A DNA stretch of 48,664 nt from the IMG/VR virus record IMGVR_UViG_3300033407_000891, positions 1-48,664 of that record; one strand, 5' to 3'. Origin of the DNA: a virus (lineage: Duplodnaviria > Caudoviricetes). The notes under the pieces are model-generated. The model saw only the letters and a program-made list of their open reading frames with translations. It was not told the origin of the DNA and ran no database searches. The position numbers and the translations under genes were made by a program. The stretch's first letter is position 1; every line of letters begins with the position of its first letter. Positions 36,702 to 46,418 of this stretch are shown here, piece by piece.

Positions 36702-36971
36702 TTACTTTTCTGCCTCTATTATCTTATTTTCCCTATTATTATCCCAAAGCATCATAGCATAATTTGCTATATCCAAACAACTCTTTAAGAAATTCTCTAT
36801 TGTAATTTCATTATCCTCTAAATTCCAAACATTATCCCTTATACCTTCTATTAGAAATCCTTCCGGAGCACCAGCCCAACCACCCTTATAATCATTTTCC
36901 CTTAAAACTCTTTCACATTCAGAAGAAAAATCCCTCAAAGTAGGACGTAAAGTTAAAAGTTCCATAATCAA
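36702..36971 (-). CDS. Conserved phage-type hypothetical protein
   Basis: ENDYKGGW...CLDIANYAMML; in the nucleotide metabolism cluster. Confidence 0.7.
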   Translation of the reverse strand: MIMELLTLRPTLRDFSSECERVLRENDYKGGWAGAPEGFLIEGIRDNVWNLEDNEITIENFLKSCLDIANYAMMLWDNNRENKIIEAEK

Positions 36972-37408
36972 GAAATTTCCTTAACCAAACTCTTAGGAGG
37001 AGTAACTCCCTTTTGATTCTGATAACGACCATTATAAATTTCAGGAGGGAAAGAAGAATAAACAGGAACCAAAATTAAACTACAAACTCTATCTCCCTCA
37101 CGTAAATGAATAGTATTATAACTATTATTCATTATTTCTAAAGTAATATTTCCTTTAAACCCAGGATCGACAATTGTAGGAGGACATATTAAACCTAATC
37201 TGGCAAATGTAGATCTAATTTGCACAAATCCCCAACTATCTTCAGGCATAACAACCCATTCTTCAGAAGAAAATAATAAACCATCAACGGGAAGTAAATT
37301 TACAGGCATAGAGTGGAAAGTATACAATTTTTCTGGAAGAGCATAAGGGTCTAAAACTCCCCCAAATACCTGCTGAACAGCATAGTTAGAACCTAAAGAT
37401 AAATCCAT
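36968..37408 (-). CDS. dcd: dCTP deaminase/dUTPase family protein
   Basis: RSTFARLGL, VDPGFKGNITLE, YNGRYQNQKG. Confidence 0.85.
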   Translation of the reverse strand: MDLSLGSNYAVQQVFGGVLDPYALPEKLYTFHSMPVNLLPVDGLLFSSEEWVVMPEDSWGFVQIRSTFARLGLICPPTIVDPGFKGNITLEIMNNSYNTIHLREGDRVCSLILVPVYSSFPPEIYNGRYQNQKGVTPPKSLVKEIS

Positions 37409-37419
37409 AATAAAAACTC

Positions 37420-38469
37420 CTAATAAACTTTCGGAGGATTAATCCGTAACACATCTTGCTTGCTTATATATTTCCTGTAAACTTCATTCTCTTCTAACTT
37501 AAATTTATTAAAATCAAAATTATTTTTAGGAAAAACAGACGAAGAAACTGATAAAGTCGCGCTATCTAAAGAAGCGAGAAAACCCCTAGTCTTATACTTT
37601 AAAAGAAATCCCTGTAACTTCCCTTTAGCTTCCTCTTCTCTTCGCTCAAATTCTTTTCTCTTTCCGTTAGTCTCTGCATATTCCATTAAAATACCTAAAA
37701 TTTCCCTTCCCTCTTCCCCTAAATTCCCAATATCTAACAGTCCCTCATTTAATTTACTAAAATCCCTTCTCAAATAGTTAACTGGACAAAACATACAGGG
37801 AAATCCATCTAAATTATTCCCACAGTCGGGAGGATTATCCTCTTTACAAACTTCCTCAACCAACCATTTAGCATAATCCCCAATATCTCTACCCAAAAAA
37901 TCCTTATCCTCTAAGACTAACTCATCTATCCACTCATTATTATTGGTATTAACATAAACTAAAATAGCTCCTGCTAATTCATGCGGGGATAAAATAGAGT
38001 GAAGATGCTTAGAAGATAAATAAACCTGCATTTGAGCATATGCAGCTTTTTCATTTCCGTCTTTAAAACCATTATTTACAAAGTTATTAAATCTCCAATC
38101 AGATACAGCCTTCACATCCAAAACATAAGGTTTCTCATTCCACTCTACTAATAAATCTAGTCTTCCTCTTTTCCATATATAAGGTAAATCAAAATTAACG
38201 AAAAGTTGAGAAGAGCTAGGAATTATAGATATACCTGGAATTTTAGGCAATAATTCAAATTCTACCCATCTCTCAAAAACTTCTCCTACAGTAGCTCTAA
38301 GTCCAAATCCTTCTGTTTCTATTCCTATTTCTCCTGTAGAGAGAACATTATTATTCTTCATCCAGAAAAGAGTAGGACACTGAAAAATATTAGAAGCAGG
38401 AATATACTTTCCTGACTGCACATTTCTTTCTTGTTCCCTGGAATCAAAAGATTTACGAAGAAAACCCAT
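37420..38469 (-). CDS. PD-(D/E)XK exonuclease (Cas4/RecB-like)
   Basis: S....CP, GRLD..., DVK, Q.Q.Y, C..CP motifs. Confidence 0.8.
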   Translation of the reverse strand: MGFLRKSFDSREQERNVQSGKYIPASNIFQCPTLFWMKNNNVLSTGEIGIETEGFGLRATVGEVFERWVEFELLPKIPGISIIPSSSQLFVNFDLPYIWKRGRLDLLVEWNEKPYVLDVKAVSDWRFNNFVNNGFKDGNEKAAYAQMQVYLSSKHLHSILSPHELAGAILVYVNTNNNEWIDELVLEDKDFLGRDIGDYAKWLVEEVCKEDNPPDCGNNLDGFPCMFCPVNYLRRDFSKLNEGLLDIGNLGEEGREILGILMEYAETNGKRKEFERREEEAKGKLQGFLLKYKTRGFLASLDSATLSVSSSVFPKNNFDFNKFKLEENEVYRKYISKQDVLRINPPKVY

Positions 38470-38471
38470 TT

Positions 38472-39170
38472 TTATATTCCAAATCCTTCCCTATAAAGTC
38501 TAACTAATTCTCTAGCAAATCTATATCCTTCTCTCCAGGTTGCTTTACTTTTTCCTCTTTCTCTATCTTTAAATGTTATAGGAACTTCATATTTATCCGA
38601 ATCGGGAAGAGTAGAAGCAATTTCCATCATTATTTTATATCCATTTTCCTTAGTTTTCAAAAGTAATTCTCTTTCTGTAACAAAAAATCCACTCATTGAA
38701 TCCTTAAGTCCAGTAATAGGGTAAGAAAGAAAATTAGAAATAGAGGAAATTATACGGCGAGAAAAAGGCCATCCTATAATTCCTCCACCTTTTACATAAC
38801 GAGAACCGACAACTAGACGATAATCAGAATAAAAATAAGAACGAAGTAAAGCAATAGTATAGATAGGAGAATGAGATAAATCAGCATCCATAACTAAAAT
38901 ATCAGGAAAATTAGCAAATTCTGAAGCATAACGAACAGCAGCACCTAAACCTTTATTTTCACAAGACACACATCTAATATTTTCATTTCCATCCCCAAAA
39001 CCTAAAGCTCTTATTCTAACACTATCATCTGATGTATCATCAGCAAAAATAACCTCCCAGGGAATGTTACAAATATGCAGAAAAGCAGTAAGACTAGATA
39101 AAAGGGGGTAGATATTTTCCGATTCGTCTAGTGTCGGAATTATAACCGACACTTCTTTAATTTTAGACAT
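38472..39170 (-). CDS. Polyprenol-phosphate mannose synthase (DPM1-like GT2)
   Basis: VIIPTLDESENI, DD.S.D, GLG.A, VMDADLSHSP, GSRYVKGG, DSMSGFF, EVPITF.DR..GKSK. Confidence 0.9.
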   Translation of the reverse strand: MSKIKEVSVIIPTLDESENIYPLLSSLTAFLHICNIPWEVIFADDTSDDSVRIRALGFGDGNENIRCVSCENKGLGAAVRYASEFANFPDILVMDADLSHSPIYTIALLRSYFYSDYRLVVGSRYVKGGGIIGWPFSRRIISSISNFLSYPITGLKDSMSGFFVTERELLLKTKENGYKIMMEIASTLPDSDKYEVPITFKDRERGKSKATWREGYRFARELVRLYREGFGI

Positions 39171-39498
39171 TTTGCAATTCCTTTAACTTATCCTTTCCCT
39201 TTTCAGTAACTTCATAATAATAATTCATACCCTTAGACAAACCGCCACCAAACTTATAATATTTTCTCCTCTTAATAAAACTCTCAAGAATTAAAGAAGT
39301 TAAGTAGGTAGTAAAACTACCTATTCCCATAGCTAAAATTCCAGAAGCCGTACTAAAATTAATATCTTTCTTTCTTCCAGAAAGACCATTTACATAATTC
39401 AAAACTCTTAACTTATTTTGCTCCTGCACAATCCATCCTGCTATCCCTTTATCTTTTATTTCTTTCTCTTCTATCCTTTCTTCATACATAACTACCAA
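39163..39498 (-). CDS. Winged-helix DNA-binding protein (putative)
   Basis: C-terminal YYYEVTEKGK wing motif. Confidence 0.6.
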   Translation of the reverse strand: MVVMYEERIEEKEIKDKGIAGWIVQEQNKLRVLNYVNGLSGRKKDINFSTASGILAMGIGSFTTYLTSLILESFIKRRKYYKFGGGLSKGMNYYYEVTEKGKDKLKELQNV

Positions 39499-39725
39499 TC
39501 CTCAGGTGCAACTTCTAAATTTCTAAAAATATATTCAGGAAGTTCCACTAAACCCTTATCAATTTCTATATTTTTAACAGCTTTACGCGCAGCTATAGAT
39601 AAAACTTTAGCTAAAATAATAGGGACTTGGATTACAACTTCCTCTTCAGTAGCCTTATTATATAAAGCAAAACTAAAAACTTCACTAGAAGTAATAATCT
39701 CTACATTGTCAAAATAAGCCATCAA
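39492..39725 (-). CDS. Hypothetical protein
   Basis: AGGAGG RBS; in operon. Confidence 0.68.
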   Translation of the reverse strand: MMAYFDNVEIITSSEVFSFALYNKATEEEVVIQVPIILAKVLSIAARKAVKNIEIDKGLVELPEYIFRNLEVAPEDW

Positions 39726-39731
39726 ATCCTC

Positions 39732-41969
39732 CTAACACTCCGAATATCCACAATTATAACATTTACTACAGCCTTCTTCCCTAACCAAACCACTTTCACA
39801 TTCAGGACACATAGAAGAAATAACAGATAAAATAGGCTCTTCCAAATAATTAGACAAAACTTTAGCAACACCATCAGGAATAGACGAAATAGAAGAGCCA
39901 TTAACCCAGATGGGTTTATCTCTTATATCCTTTAATTGATCAATTACTATTCTTAAATCTGCTCTTTCTCCATTTTCTCCTCTAACTTGTAGAAACTTAG
40001 AAATAACTCTACCCAATGCTTCAGCCCAACAATAAATATCTGAGCCTGATTTACCAATATTGATGAAAACTCCAAAAGGAACCTTTCTAACTACCCCTAA
40101 ACTATTCTTTTCCTCATAAATATTGACTGTTATATAACATTCTCCATAACTTGTATCTAATTTGTATGTATCCCCTGGAGAGACTAGAGGATGAACAAGA
40201 GAAGAAAGAATGTTAGAAATAGAAGAGGAAGGGGAAGAAGGGGAAAACTTAGTTAAAATTTGCCCTTCTCTAGACCCATCTCTATAAATTGTAATTCCTT
40301 TACATCCTAACTCCCAAGCTAATAAATATGCTTTTTCTACATCCTCAACTCTAGCCTTGTTTTCTAAATTAATTGTCTTTGATACCGCATTTCCTATATA
40401 CTTTTGCCAGATAGCCTGAGTTTTTACATGAGATTCAAGAGAAATTTTATCAGAGGAAATATACCAAGGAAATTCTGCACAAAATCCTTTACCTAGAACC
40501 TCTTGCTTTTGTTCCTCAGTTAATAATTCTTCTAATTCCCCTGCAACCTGCTTAAACTCCATTCCATCGGACGTAATTCGTTTAGTAACTAAAGAATAAT
40601 ATGGCTCTATCCCCGAAGAACAGCTCGCAATAATAGAAATTGTTCCTGTAGGGGCAATAGTTGTAGCCCCTAAATTTCTATTAACTCTTTCCTCTTCTTT
40701 TAAATTATATGCCGCAGGGTAAGCTCCACGTTCTCTAACTAAAATTTCCTGCGCTCTATTAGAATAATCCTTAAAATCTAACCCCATATCTTCAGTTAAC
40801 TCAAAAGCCTCTACGCTTCCATAAATAATCTTCATTTTAGCTAATAAATCTGCATACCCCATAACTCCTAATCCAGTTCTTCTAGTATTCTCTGCTGACT
40901 CTTCTATCTCTTTTAATGGATAAGGAGTTCTATCAATAACATTATCTAAAAATCTAGATGCAATAGATATACAATCTTCAAAAGAAGAATAATCAAAATT
41001 AGAACCCTTATCAGAGTCTATAAAAAAAGCACCCAAGTTGATAGAGCCCAGAGTGCAAGCCTCAAAACTTCTTAAAGGCTGCTCTGCGCATGGATTTGTT
41101 CCGTCCACTTTTCCCAAAAATGGAGTCATTTCATCTTGAATTCTATCTAAAAATACAACTCCAGGGTCTCCAGTTATCCAGGCATTTTTTATTAATTTAT
41201 TCCATATCTCTTTAGCTTCCACAAATCTCACTGTTTTTCCAGAAACAACATTCCTTAACTCATAAACTCCATTGTGCTCTAAAGCATACATAAACTCATT
41301 TGTAATCCCAACAGAGATATTGAAATTTTGCATTTGGGATAAATCTGATTTTAATTCAATAAATTCTTCGATATCTGGATGATGAACATTAAGAATAGCC
41401 ATATTAGCTCCACGCCTAGTGGAACCTTGTTTTATTTGCTCAGTAGCCTCATTAAAAATTTTCATAAAAGAAACAGGTCCACTTGCAATTCCTTGTGTAG
41501 AACCAACAATAGCACCTTTTTGCCTTAAATTAGAAAAAGAAAATCCTGTCCCTCCACCAGCTTTCTGCACTAACATTTGATTTTTAACTGCTTCACCAAT
41601 GTCTTCAATACTGTCTCCAACAGGAAGAACAAAACAGGCCATATAATTCAATCCATTATTTAGTCCTGCATTAAATAGGGTAGGAGAGTTAGGAAGAAAT
41701 TGACGAAGAGCCATAACATTATAAAATTTACGTGCCCAATAATCTACAACACTTAAATCTCCACCATAATTTAATTCTGCCAAGGCTATATCATAGGCAA
41801 CACGCCAAATAAACTCTTTTAGGTTTTCTTTTCTCTCACCATCTACAAACAATCTAACCTTAAAATATCTTTTCTCCAAAACTTGAAGAGAGTTTTCATC
41901 AAAATTAGGTTCAATTAAATCATCTGGAACAGCAGGGATTAAAGGGTAAAGTAAAGAAACAGAAGACAT
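39732..41969 (-). CDS. nrdJ: Class II (adenosylcobalamin-dependent) ribonucleotide reductase
   Basis: PNSPTLFNAG, ACFV, NPCAE, C.LGSINL, TIAPTGTIS, KGITIYRDGSR; TSCPD-like domain and C-terminal CPEC...EGC..C..CG. Confidence 0.95.
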   Translation of the reverse strand: MSSVSLLYPLIPAVPDDLIEPNFDENSLQVLEKRYFKVRLFVDGERKENLKEFIWRVAYDIALAELNYGGDLSVVDYWARKFYNVMALRQFLPNSPTLFNAGLNNGLNYMACFVLPVGDSIEDIGEAVKNQMLVQKAGGGTGFSFSNLRQKGAIVGSTQGIASGPVSFMKIFNEATEQIKQGSTRRGANMAILNVHHPDIEEFIELKSDLSQMQNFNISVGITNEFMYALEHNGVYELRNVVSGKTVRFVEAKEIWNKLIKNAWITGDPGVVFLDRIQDEMTPFLGKVDGTNPCAEQPLRSFEACTLGSINLGAFFIDSDKGSNFDYSSFEDCISIASRFLDNVIDRTPYPLKEIEESAENTRRTGLGVMGYADLLAKMKIIYGSVEAFELTEDMGLDFKDYSNRAQEILVRERGAYPAAYNLKEEERVNRNLGATTIAPTGTISIIASCSSGIEPYYSLVTKRITSDGMEFKQVAGELEELLTEEQKQEVLGKGFCAEFPWYISSDKISLESHVKTQAIWQKYIGNAVSKTINLENKARVEDVEKAYLLAWELGCKGITIYRDGSREGQILTKFSPSSPSSSISNILSSLVHPLVSPGDTYKLDTSYGECYITVNIYEEKNSLGVVRKVPFGVFINIGKSGSDIYCWAEALGRVISKFLQVRGENGERADLRIVIDQLKDIRDKPIWVNGSSISSIPDGVAKVLSNYLEEPILSVISSMCPECESGLVREEGCSKCYNCGYSEC

Positions 41970-42235
41970 TAAAACACCTTTTCCAAATCATTTTTAGTCC
42001 CAGATATCAAATGAGACTCGTTAACACTTAAAACATCCAAAGAATTAAAATTCTCTAAAGCAAATCTAACAGCTAGGTCAACATTATTTCTACAATTATT
42101 CTTCTGCATAACAGAGAATATAAATTTGTTTATGGTGTAGGGAGAAAGAAAAACCTTGGAAGCAATTTCCCTATATTTATAACCTTTAGCTAATAAACCC
42201 ACTACCTCCCTCTCCCTAGCAGTTAAAATTAACAT
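41969..42235 (-). CDS. LuxR-type HTH regulator
   Basis: LTAREREVVGLLAKGYKYREIASKVFLSPYTI. Confidence 0.88.
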   Translation of the reverse strand: MLILTAREREVVGLLAKGYKYREIASKVFLSPYTINKFIFSVMQKNNCRNNVDLAVRFALENFNSLDVLSVNESHLISGTKNDLEKVF

Positions 42236-42256
42236 AAATCCTCACAAAAAAAATAA

Positions 42257-42341
42257 TGGTGCCCCGTATAGGATTTGAACCTATATGCTATAAAGCGGTT
42301 GATTTTAAGTCAACTGTGTATACCTATTCCACCAACGGGGC
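42257..42341 (-). tRNA. tRNA-Leu(TAA), CCA encoded
   Basis: Anticodon arm GTTGA-CTTAAAA-TCAAC, long variable arm, GGTTCAAAT T-loop, acceptor stem GCCCCGT/ACGGGGC. Confidence 0.93.
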
Positions 42342-42349
42342 ATTTAAAA

Positions 42350-42553
42350 CTAACCCCAAAGAATAAAACCAAACAAGCCCAATAACCAATTTGGTACGCC
42401 AGGATGGAAAAGAATAAAACCAACAAGAAGTCCTATCACCAAAGCATAAATTTGTGTAATTACAGCAAACTTAACTAATCTATTAAAAGTAGCAGGAAAA
42501 TTAGATTGCATTTCCTTTTCTTCAGCTCTTACTCTCTTAATATAATTAATCAT
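42350..42553 (-). CDS. Small membrane protein
   Basis: Hydrophobic C-terminal half; between tRNAs. Confidence 0.6.
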   Translation of the reverse strand: MINYIKRVRAEEKEMQSNFPATFNRLVKFAVITQIYALVIGLLVGFILFHPGVPNWLLGLFGFILWG

Positions 42554-42678
42554 AATCTATCCTTATTCTCTATCTCAAATCTCTTCTTTATTTTCTTTTC
42601 TTCTTTGTAGGCCCAATAACCAATAAAACCCATAATAATAATTAAAGAATAAGATAATAACATCCAAAATAAATCCAT
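42550..42678 (-). CDS. Small single-TM protein (42 aa); not in ORF track
   Basis: GAGGAG RBS; MDLFWMLLSYSLIIIMGFIGYW...; ATGA overlap with next gene. Confidence 0.55.
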   Translation of the reverse strand: MDLFWMLLSYSLIIIMGFIGYWAYKEEKKIKKRFEIENKDRL

Positions 42679-42694
42679 AAAAACTCCTCTTATT

Positions 42695-42770
42695 TGGTTT
42701 GGGGAGAAGGACTCGAACCTTCAATTTCCTGAGCCAAAATCAGGCGTCATACCAATTAGACCATCCCCAA
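42695..42770 (-). tRNA. tRNA-Gln(TTG), CCA encoded
   Basis: CCTGA-TTTTGGC-TCAGG anticodon arm, GGTTCGAGT T-loop, TTGGGGA/TCCCCAA stem. Confidence 0.92.
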
Positions 42771-42785
42771 ATAAATTATAAAAAG

Positions 42786-42858
42786 CGCCCTTATCGGGAC
42801 TCGAACCCGAAGCCTACTGATTAGAAGTCAGTTGCTCTATCCATTGAGCTATAAGGGC
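42786..42858 (-). tRNA. tRNA-Arg(TCT)
   Basis: ACTGA-CTTCTAA-TCAGT anticodon arm, TAGCTCAATGG D-arm, GGTTCGAGT. Confidence 0.94.
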
Positions 42859-42869
42859 AAGAATAAATT

Positions 42870-43031
42870 TTATAGCTCCTCTAGATATACAGAGAATCCC
42901 TCAATATTTGCATTGAATAACTCTATCAAACCGTCTAAAGCCGCAGTATGAGCAGAAGCAAAAGCTACTTGACTAACCAAAAGTAAAAGTACAACTACCC
43001 AAGAGAAAATAGAAACAATTCGCCAACTCAT
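42870..43031 (-). CDS. Small exported/TM protein (53 aa); not in ORF track
   Basis: AAGGAG RBS; signal-peptide-like N-terminus. Confidence 0.55.
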   Translation of the reverse strand: MSWRIVSIFSWVVVLLLLVSQVAFASAHTAALDGLIELFNANIEGFSVYLEEL

Positions 43032-43058
43032 ATAAACTCCTTATGAGTAATAAAAAAG

Positions 43059-43131
43059 TGCCTCCGGTGGGACTCGAACCCACAACCTTCTGATTAAAAG
43101 TCAGACACTCTGCCAATTGAGTTACAGAGGC
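43059..43131 (-). tRNA. tRNA-Lys(TTT)
   Basis: TCTGA-CTTTTAA-TCAGA anticodon arm, GGTTCGAGT, GCCTCTG/CGGAGGC stem. Confidence 0.94.
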
Positions 43132-43316
43132 GTATTTACTAATTCAGAACCTTTTTTAGTCGTAGACCAAAAACCATCAGAGAAAAAAATTAAGTCCTCG
43201 GATTTCAAAAATGAAATCTCACCTTCATAACCTACAGGAATTTCCGTTCCTGAATAAGCAAACTCTAAAACAAATAATTGTCTAGGACTTAAACTCTCTT
43301 TATCCATAATCCACAA
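43122..43316 (-). CDS. Small winged-helix-like hypothetical protein
   Basis: LSPRQ...W..T.KG pattern; its 3' end overlaps the 5' end of tRNA-Lys by 10 nt. Confidence 0.55.
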   Translation of the reverse strand: MWIMDKESLSPRQLFVLEFAYSGTEIPVGYEGEISFLKSEDLIFFSDGFWSTTKKGSELVNTPL

Positions 43317-43332
43317 CTATTACACTTCTTCA

Positions 43333-43662
43333 TTATCTGTCATCCCCACTTCCCTTTAAAACATCTCTTTCTTTTCTATCTGCTAACTTTAATAAATTAC
43401 TTACCGCAACCTCATTCAAATTCAAACCCATTACAGTACAAATCTCTGCCAAATACCAAAGAACATCTCCAATTTCTTTAGAAACAGCAGTCACAAAAGC
43501 CCCGTCAAAATCCTTATCAAAATCTCCTCTTAAAGATTTCTTAAAAAGTCCCTGTAATTCGCCGGCCTCATTCCCTACGCCTAAACCCACATAAGGAAGG
43601 GCATTTTGTTCAGGATAAATAGCAGTTTCGTGTGCTTTCATTTGATATTCGTTAAAATTCAC
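43333..43662 (-). CDS. MazG-like nucleotide pyrophosphohydrolase
   Basis: FNEYQ, LG..NEAGE, EIGDVLWY, NL.KL.DR..R..L.GSGDDR. Confidence 0.92.
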   Translation of the reverse strand: MNFNEYQMKAHETAIYPEQNALPYVGLGVGNEAGELQGLFKKSLRGDFDKDFDGAFVTAVSKEIGDVLWYLAEICTVMGLNLNEVAVSNLLKLADRKERDVLKGSGDDR

Positions 43663-44287
43663 ATCTACCTCCTACAAATAATTTAATCATTTTACTTTCC
43701 CCCTTTAGAATCCCCCTAAACAAAACAAAGATAAAAATCTACAATAAAAACTGTTTAGAGGGCATATAAACAAGGAAAATAACTTAACGTAATGTACCTT
43801 AACATAACGTAACATAAATTAAGTTCCCACTATATATCACATATTACTTCTCCAATCTACCTCTATTATACTTACTAAATCTCAGGCGTCCCCAAGAATT
43901 TTTCATCTATAATAGAAATCGCAGACGTAAAATAAAAATAGATTACTTCTTTAAACTTCCTGGACGCTTATAAGCATTAGAGTTATGCTTCCACTAAACT
44001 TATTCTTAGTCTTCATAATATACCCCTTTTAATATAAATTATAAATCTTAGAGGCTGTAACACTTTACAGTGGTTACTAATTAAGGCAGACACTTAGAAA
44101 ATTTGCCGGATAATTCTCGTCTTAGTATTACTGCCACCTCAAAACTATTCTTATTCCCTAGGCTTCGTCATATATTCGAGGGTTGTACGACTCTGTTAAG
44201 GAGCGACCTTACAGACTATATACCTCTACGTATCCGCCTTCAGGAAAAAATTGTTAATTACAGCAGAAGGAAAAAATTATCTAAAAG

Positions 44288-44719
44288 TTACGCTGCCACC
44301 GCATTATTTACAATATCCACAGTACCAGGTCTCGCCCAAGCAACAATATTTGCTCTAGGCTTTCCTGCATACTCCGTAATTTCTACCTTAGCACAAACCT
44401 GCTTTCCAGAAAACTCACGGTCATCAATTTCCACATTTGCAAGAGCAATCTTACGCTCCTCATCATCTTCTGGAAAATCATGACCAAAAGCCTCTAGCAT
44501 AGCAGCAACATAAAATGCTGACTCCTCACCCATAGCCTGTTCATTGAAAAGCTTAATATTATCTGAACCAACAACAATAGATTCCGTATAAAGAGTTGTA
44601 GTCTCCTTAGTAGCACCCCTACCAGTACGAAATTCAGACTTTTCTACATTAACGAGATTCCAACCCTCATTAGGAAGCTCACGGACACCAGAAGAAAGAT
44701 TCAAACTGATCTTAGGCAT
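44288..44719 (-). CDS. Phage ssDNA-binding protein (DUF669-like)
   Basis: LPNEGW..V.V, GK.V...V...EY.GKPR.NI pattern; downstream of AAA_24 gene; AAGGAG RBS. Confidence 0.7.
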   Translation of the reverse strand: MPKISLNLSSGVRELPNEGWNLVNVEKSEFRTGRGATKETTTLYTESIVVGSDNIKLFNEQAMGEESAFYVAAMLEAFGHDFPEDDEERKIALANVEIDDREFSGKQVCAKVEITEYAGKPRANIVAWARPGTVDIVNNAVAA

Positions 44720-44753
44720 TTTTATTTAACTCCTTTTTATTTTTATGCCTGAT

Positions 44754-45566
44754 TTATTTGCGTGTAGTTTCTAATTTTTGTTCTTGTTCGTGTCCATTTA
44801 CACTCACCTTTCTTAGATAACTAAAAACTTTATCCATTGTGGGCATTTCCAAAACTATTGGAAGTTGTCCACTCCTATCTTTTCCTTCTGCTGCTTCTGT
44901 AATCTGTGTTGTAACCCAGTTTTTATAACTTTTCTTTCCCTGACTATACTCAATATCACCTTCAAAATGTAAAACTAAATCAAAAACTCCAACCATGTCA
45001 ACGGAAGCATTTTCCGTCAGAAAGGGACGAAGAATCGTACGAGATACTGCGTTTCCATCATCATCAAATTGTCCAAATCTCCTCTCTTTAGCATTTATCC
45101 CCAAATGAATAGGTAAGGAATTCAAATCACGAAACAAAGTAGAAAGAAAATCTAAAACCTGTCCATGTTCATCCCAAGTAGCTTTAGGTTTACTTCCCTT
45201 TAATTTATTCAGATATTGTCTAGCAAATTCGGATATAGAATCAATCCCAATAAATTTAAAAGGTAAATCAGAAGAATCTAAAAGCTTAGTAATGATAGCA
45301 CGAGTAGCAGAAGAAACATCAGAATAATTATTTATATGCATAAATTCAGGCATATAAACTACAGAAATAGAACCAGGAGAACGTAACAAAGAAGATTGCT
45401 GCCCACGTTCAAAATCCAAAATAAGAGAAGGATTAGTAAAAACACAATCAGCAGAGGATGAAAGAAATTGAGACTTTCCAGAACCGGAACGCCCATAATT
45501 GACTATATGCCAATATTCAAAAGCAAAAGAATTTACCGGAAGTTTTAGGGAGCCTAGCTGAATCAT
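44754..45566 (-). CDS. AAA_24 / Sak4-like ATPase (ssDNA-annealing recombinase)
   Basis: YGRSGSGKS, LDFERG, IDSISE, FDLV, GKDR motifs. Confidence 0.85.
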   Translation of the reverse strand: MIQLGSLKLPVNSFAFEYWHIVNYGRSGSGKSQFLSSSADCVFTNPSLILDFERGQQSSLLRSPGSISVVYMPEFMHINNYSDVSSATRAIITKLLDSSDLPFKFIGIDSISEFARQYLNKLKGSKPKATWDEHGQVLDFLSTLFRDLNSLPIHLGINAKERRFGQFDDDGNAVSRTILRPFLTENASVDMVGVFDLVLHFEGDIEYSQGKKSYKNWVTTQITEAAEGKDRSGQLPIVLEMPTMDKVFSYLRKVSVNGHEQEQKLETTRK

Positions 45567-45633
45567 TTTGTCTACTCTTAATTTCTATTGTTTCTAATTC
45601 TTATTTTTCTCAAATCGTCTCTAAAGCACAGTC

Positions 45634-45662
45634 ATCATACACTACCCCTAACCCCCTGTCAA
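45634..45662 (-). promoter_or_regulatory. sigma70-type promoter of the replication/nucleotide operon
   Basis: TTGACA-17bp-TATGAT. Confidence 0.85.
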
Positions 45663-45835
45663 TCCCCCTAGCTATCAGAGTTTTCTATAAGGGTATAGGT
45701 TAGGTCTATATCTATACCCCTTGCAAATTTTCAATTTCTATTCGCCTTTCCCAATCCATTTCATATTCATAATGAAGCCATGCCTTTCTACAATAACTAC
45801 AAATAATAAGAAAACCTAAAATAACTACTTGGTTA

Positions 45836-46114
45836 TCACAATGAGGACATATCATGAAATTCCCCCCGCTCCCCCCATTTATCCCTTTGTTTATTAAAAG
45901 GATTTTTTCCTCCTATTATCCAATCCCTATCCTTAAAATCCAAAAAACCATTATAAATTAAATCGCTGTTAAATTCAGAAATGGTAATATTAGGACAATC
46001 AGTTGTTAAAGAACCCTCCAATAAACCACAATTTTTACAAATAAATAAACCACCATCACAAACACCACAAGCATATATATTACAATTTTCGTGTTTTACT
46101 GCAATATGTTCCAT
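45836..46114 (-). CDS. Cys-rich Zn-binding phage protein
   Basis: CGVCDGGL..CKNCG..EGSLTTDCP. Confidence 0.75.
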   Translation of the reverse strand: MEHIAVKHENCNIYACGVCDGGLFICKNCGLLEGSLTTDCPNITISEFNSDLIYNGFLDFKDRDWIIGGKNPFNKQRDKWGERGEFHDMSSL

Positions 46115-46115
46115 A

Positions 46116-46415
46116 TCAAATTCCTTTCAACTTTTCATTTATTTTCATCATTTCCTCATTAGTCCAACCTTTACCATTAGTCCTTATAACAGTTTTTAAG
46201 TCCTCATATTTCATAATTAGAATATCTAATTGTTCAGCAGCTAAATCTAATAAATCCCCATCCAAATTATGGATTCTTCTATTATTTGCCCACCCTCTTA
46301 ATTCTCTAATAGTAAATTGGACAGAGTGATAATCAAAACCACCATTAGAATTAATAATTTTTCTAATTGAGTTTTTGACTCTTTCGCGCCTTTCTTTTTC
46401 CCATTTAGGAGCCAT
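46116..46415 (-). CDS. Hypothetical protein
   Basis: Tightly packed ORF. Confidence 0.7.
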   Translation of the reverse strand: MAPKWEKERRERVKNSIRKIINSNGGFDYHSVQFTIRELRGWANNRRIHNLDGDLLDLAAEQLDILIMKYEDLKTVIRTNGKGWTNEEMMKINEKLKGI

Positions 46416-46418
46416 TTA

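Noticed and set aside
37420-38469. Cas4-like nuclease as a sign of CRISPR-Cas
   Set aside because: No repeat-spacer array or other cas genes; the context is a phage recombination/replication module
42257-43131. tRNAs as prophage attachment sites
   Set aside because: No integrase seen, no duplicated tRNA 3' end, and the tRNAs are interleaved with viral-style genes
44103-44483. 126-aa plus-strand ORF
   Set aside because: Antisense to the SSB gene, TTG start without RBS
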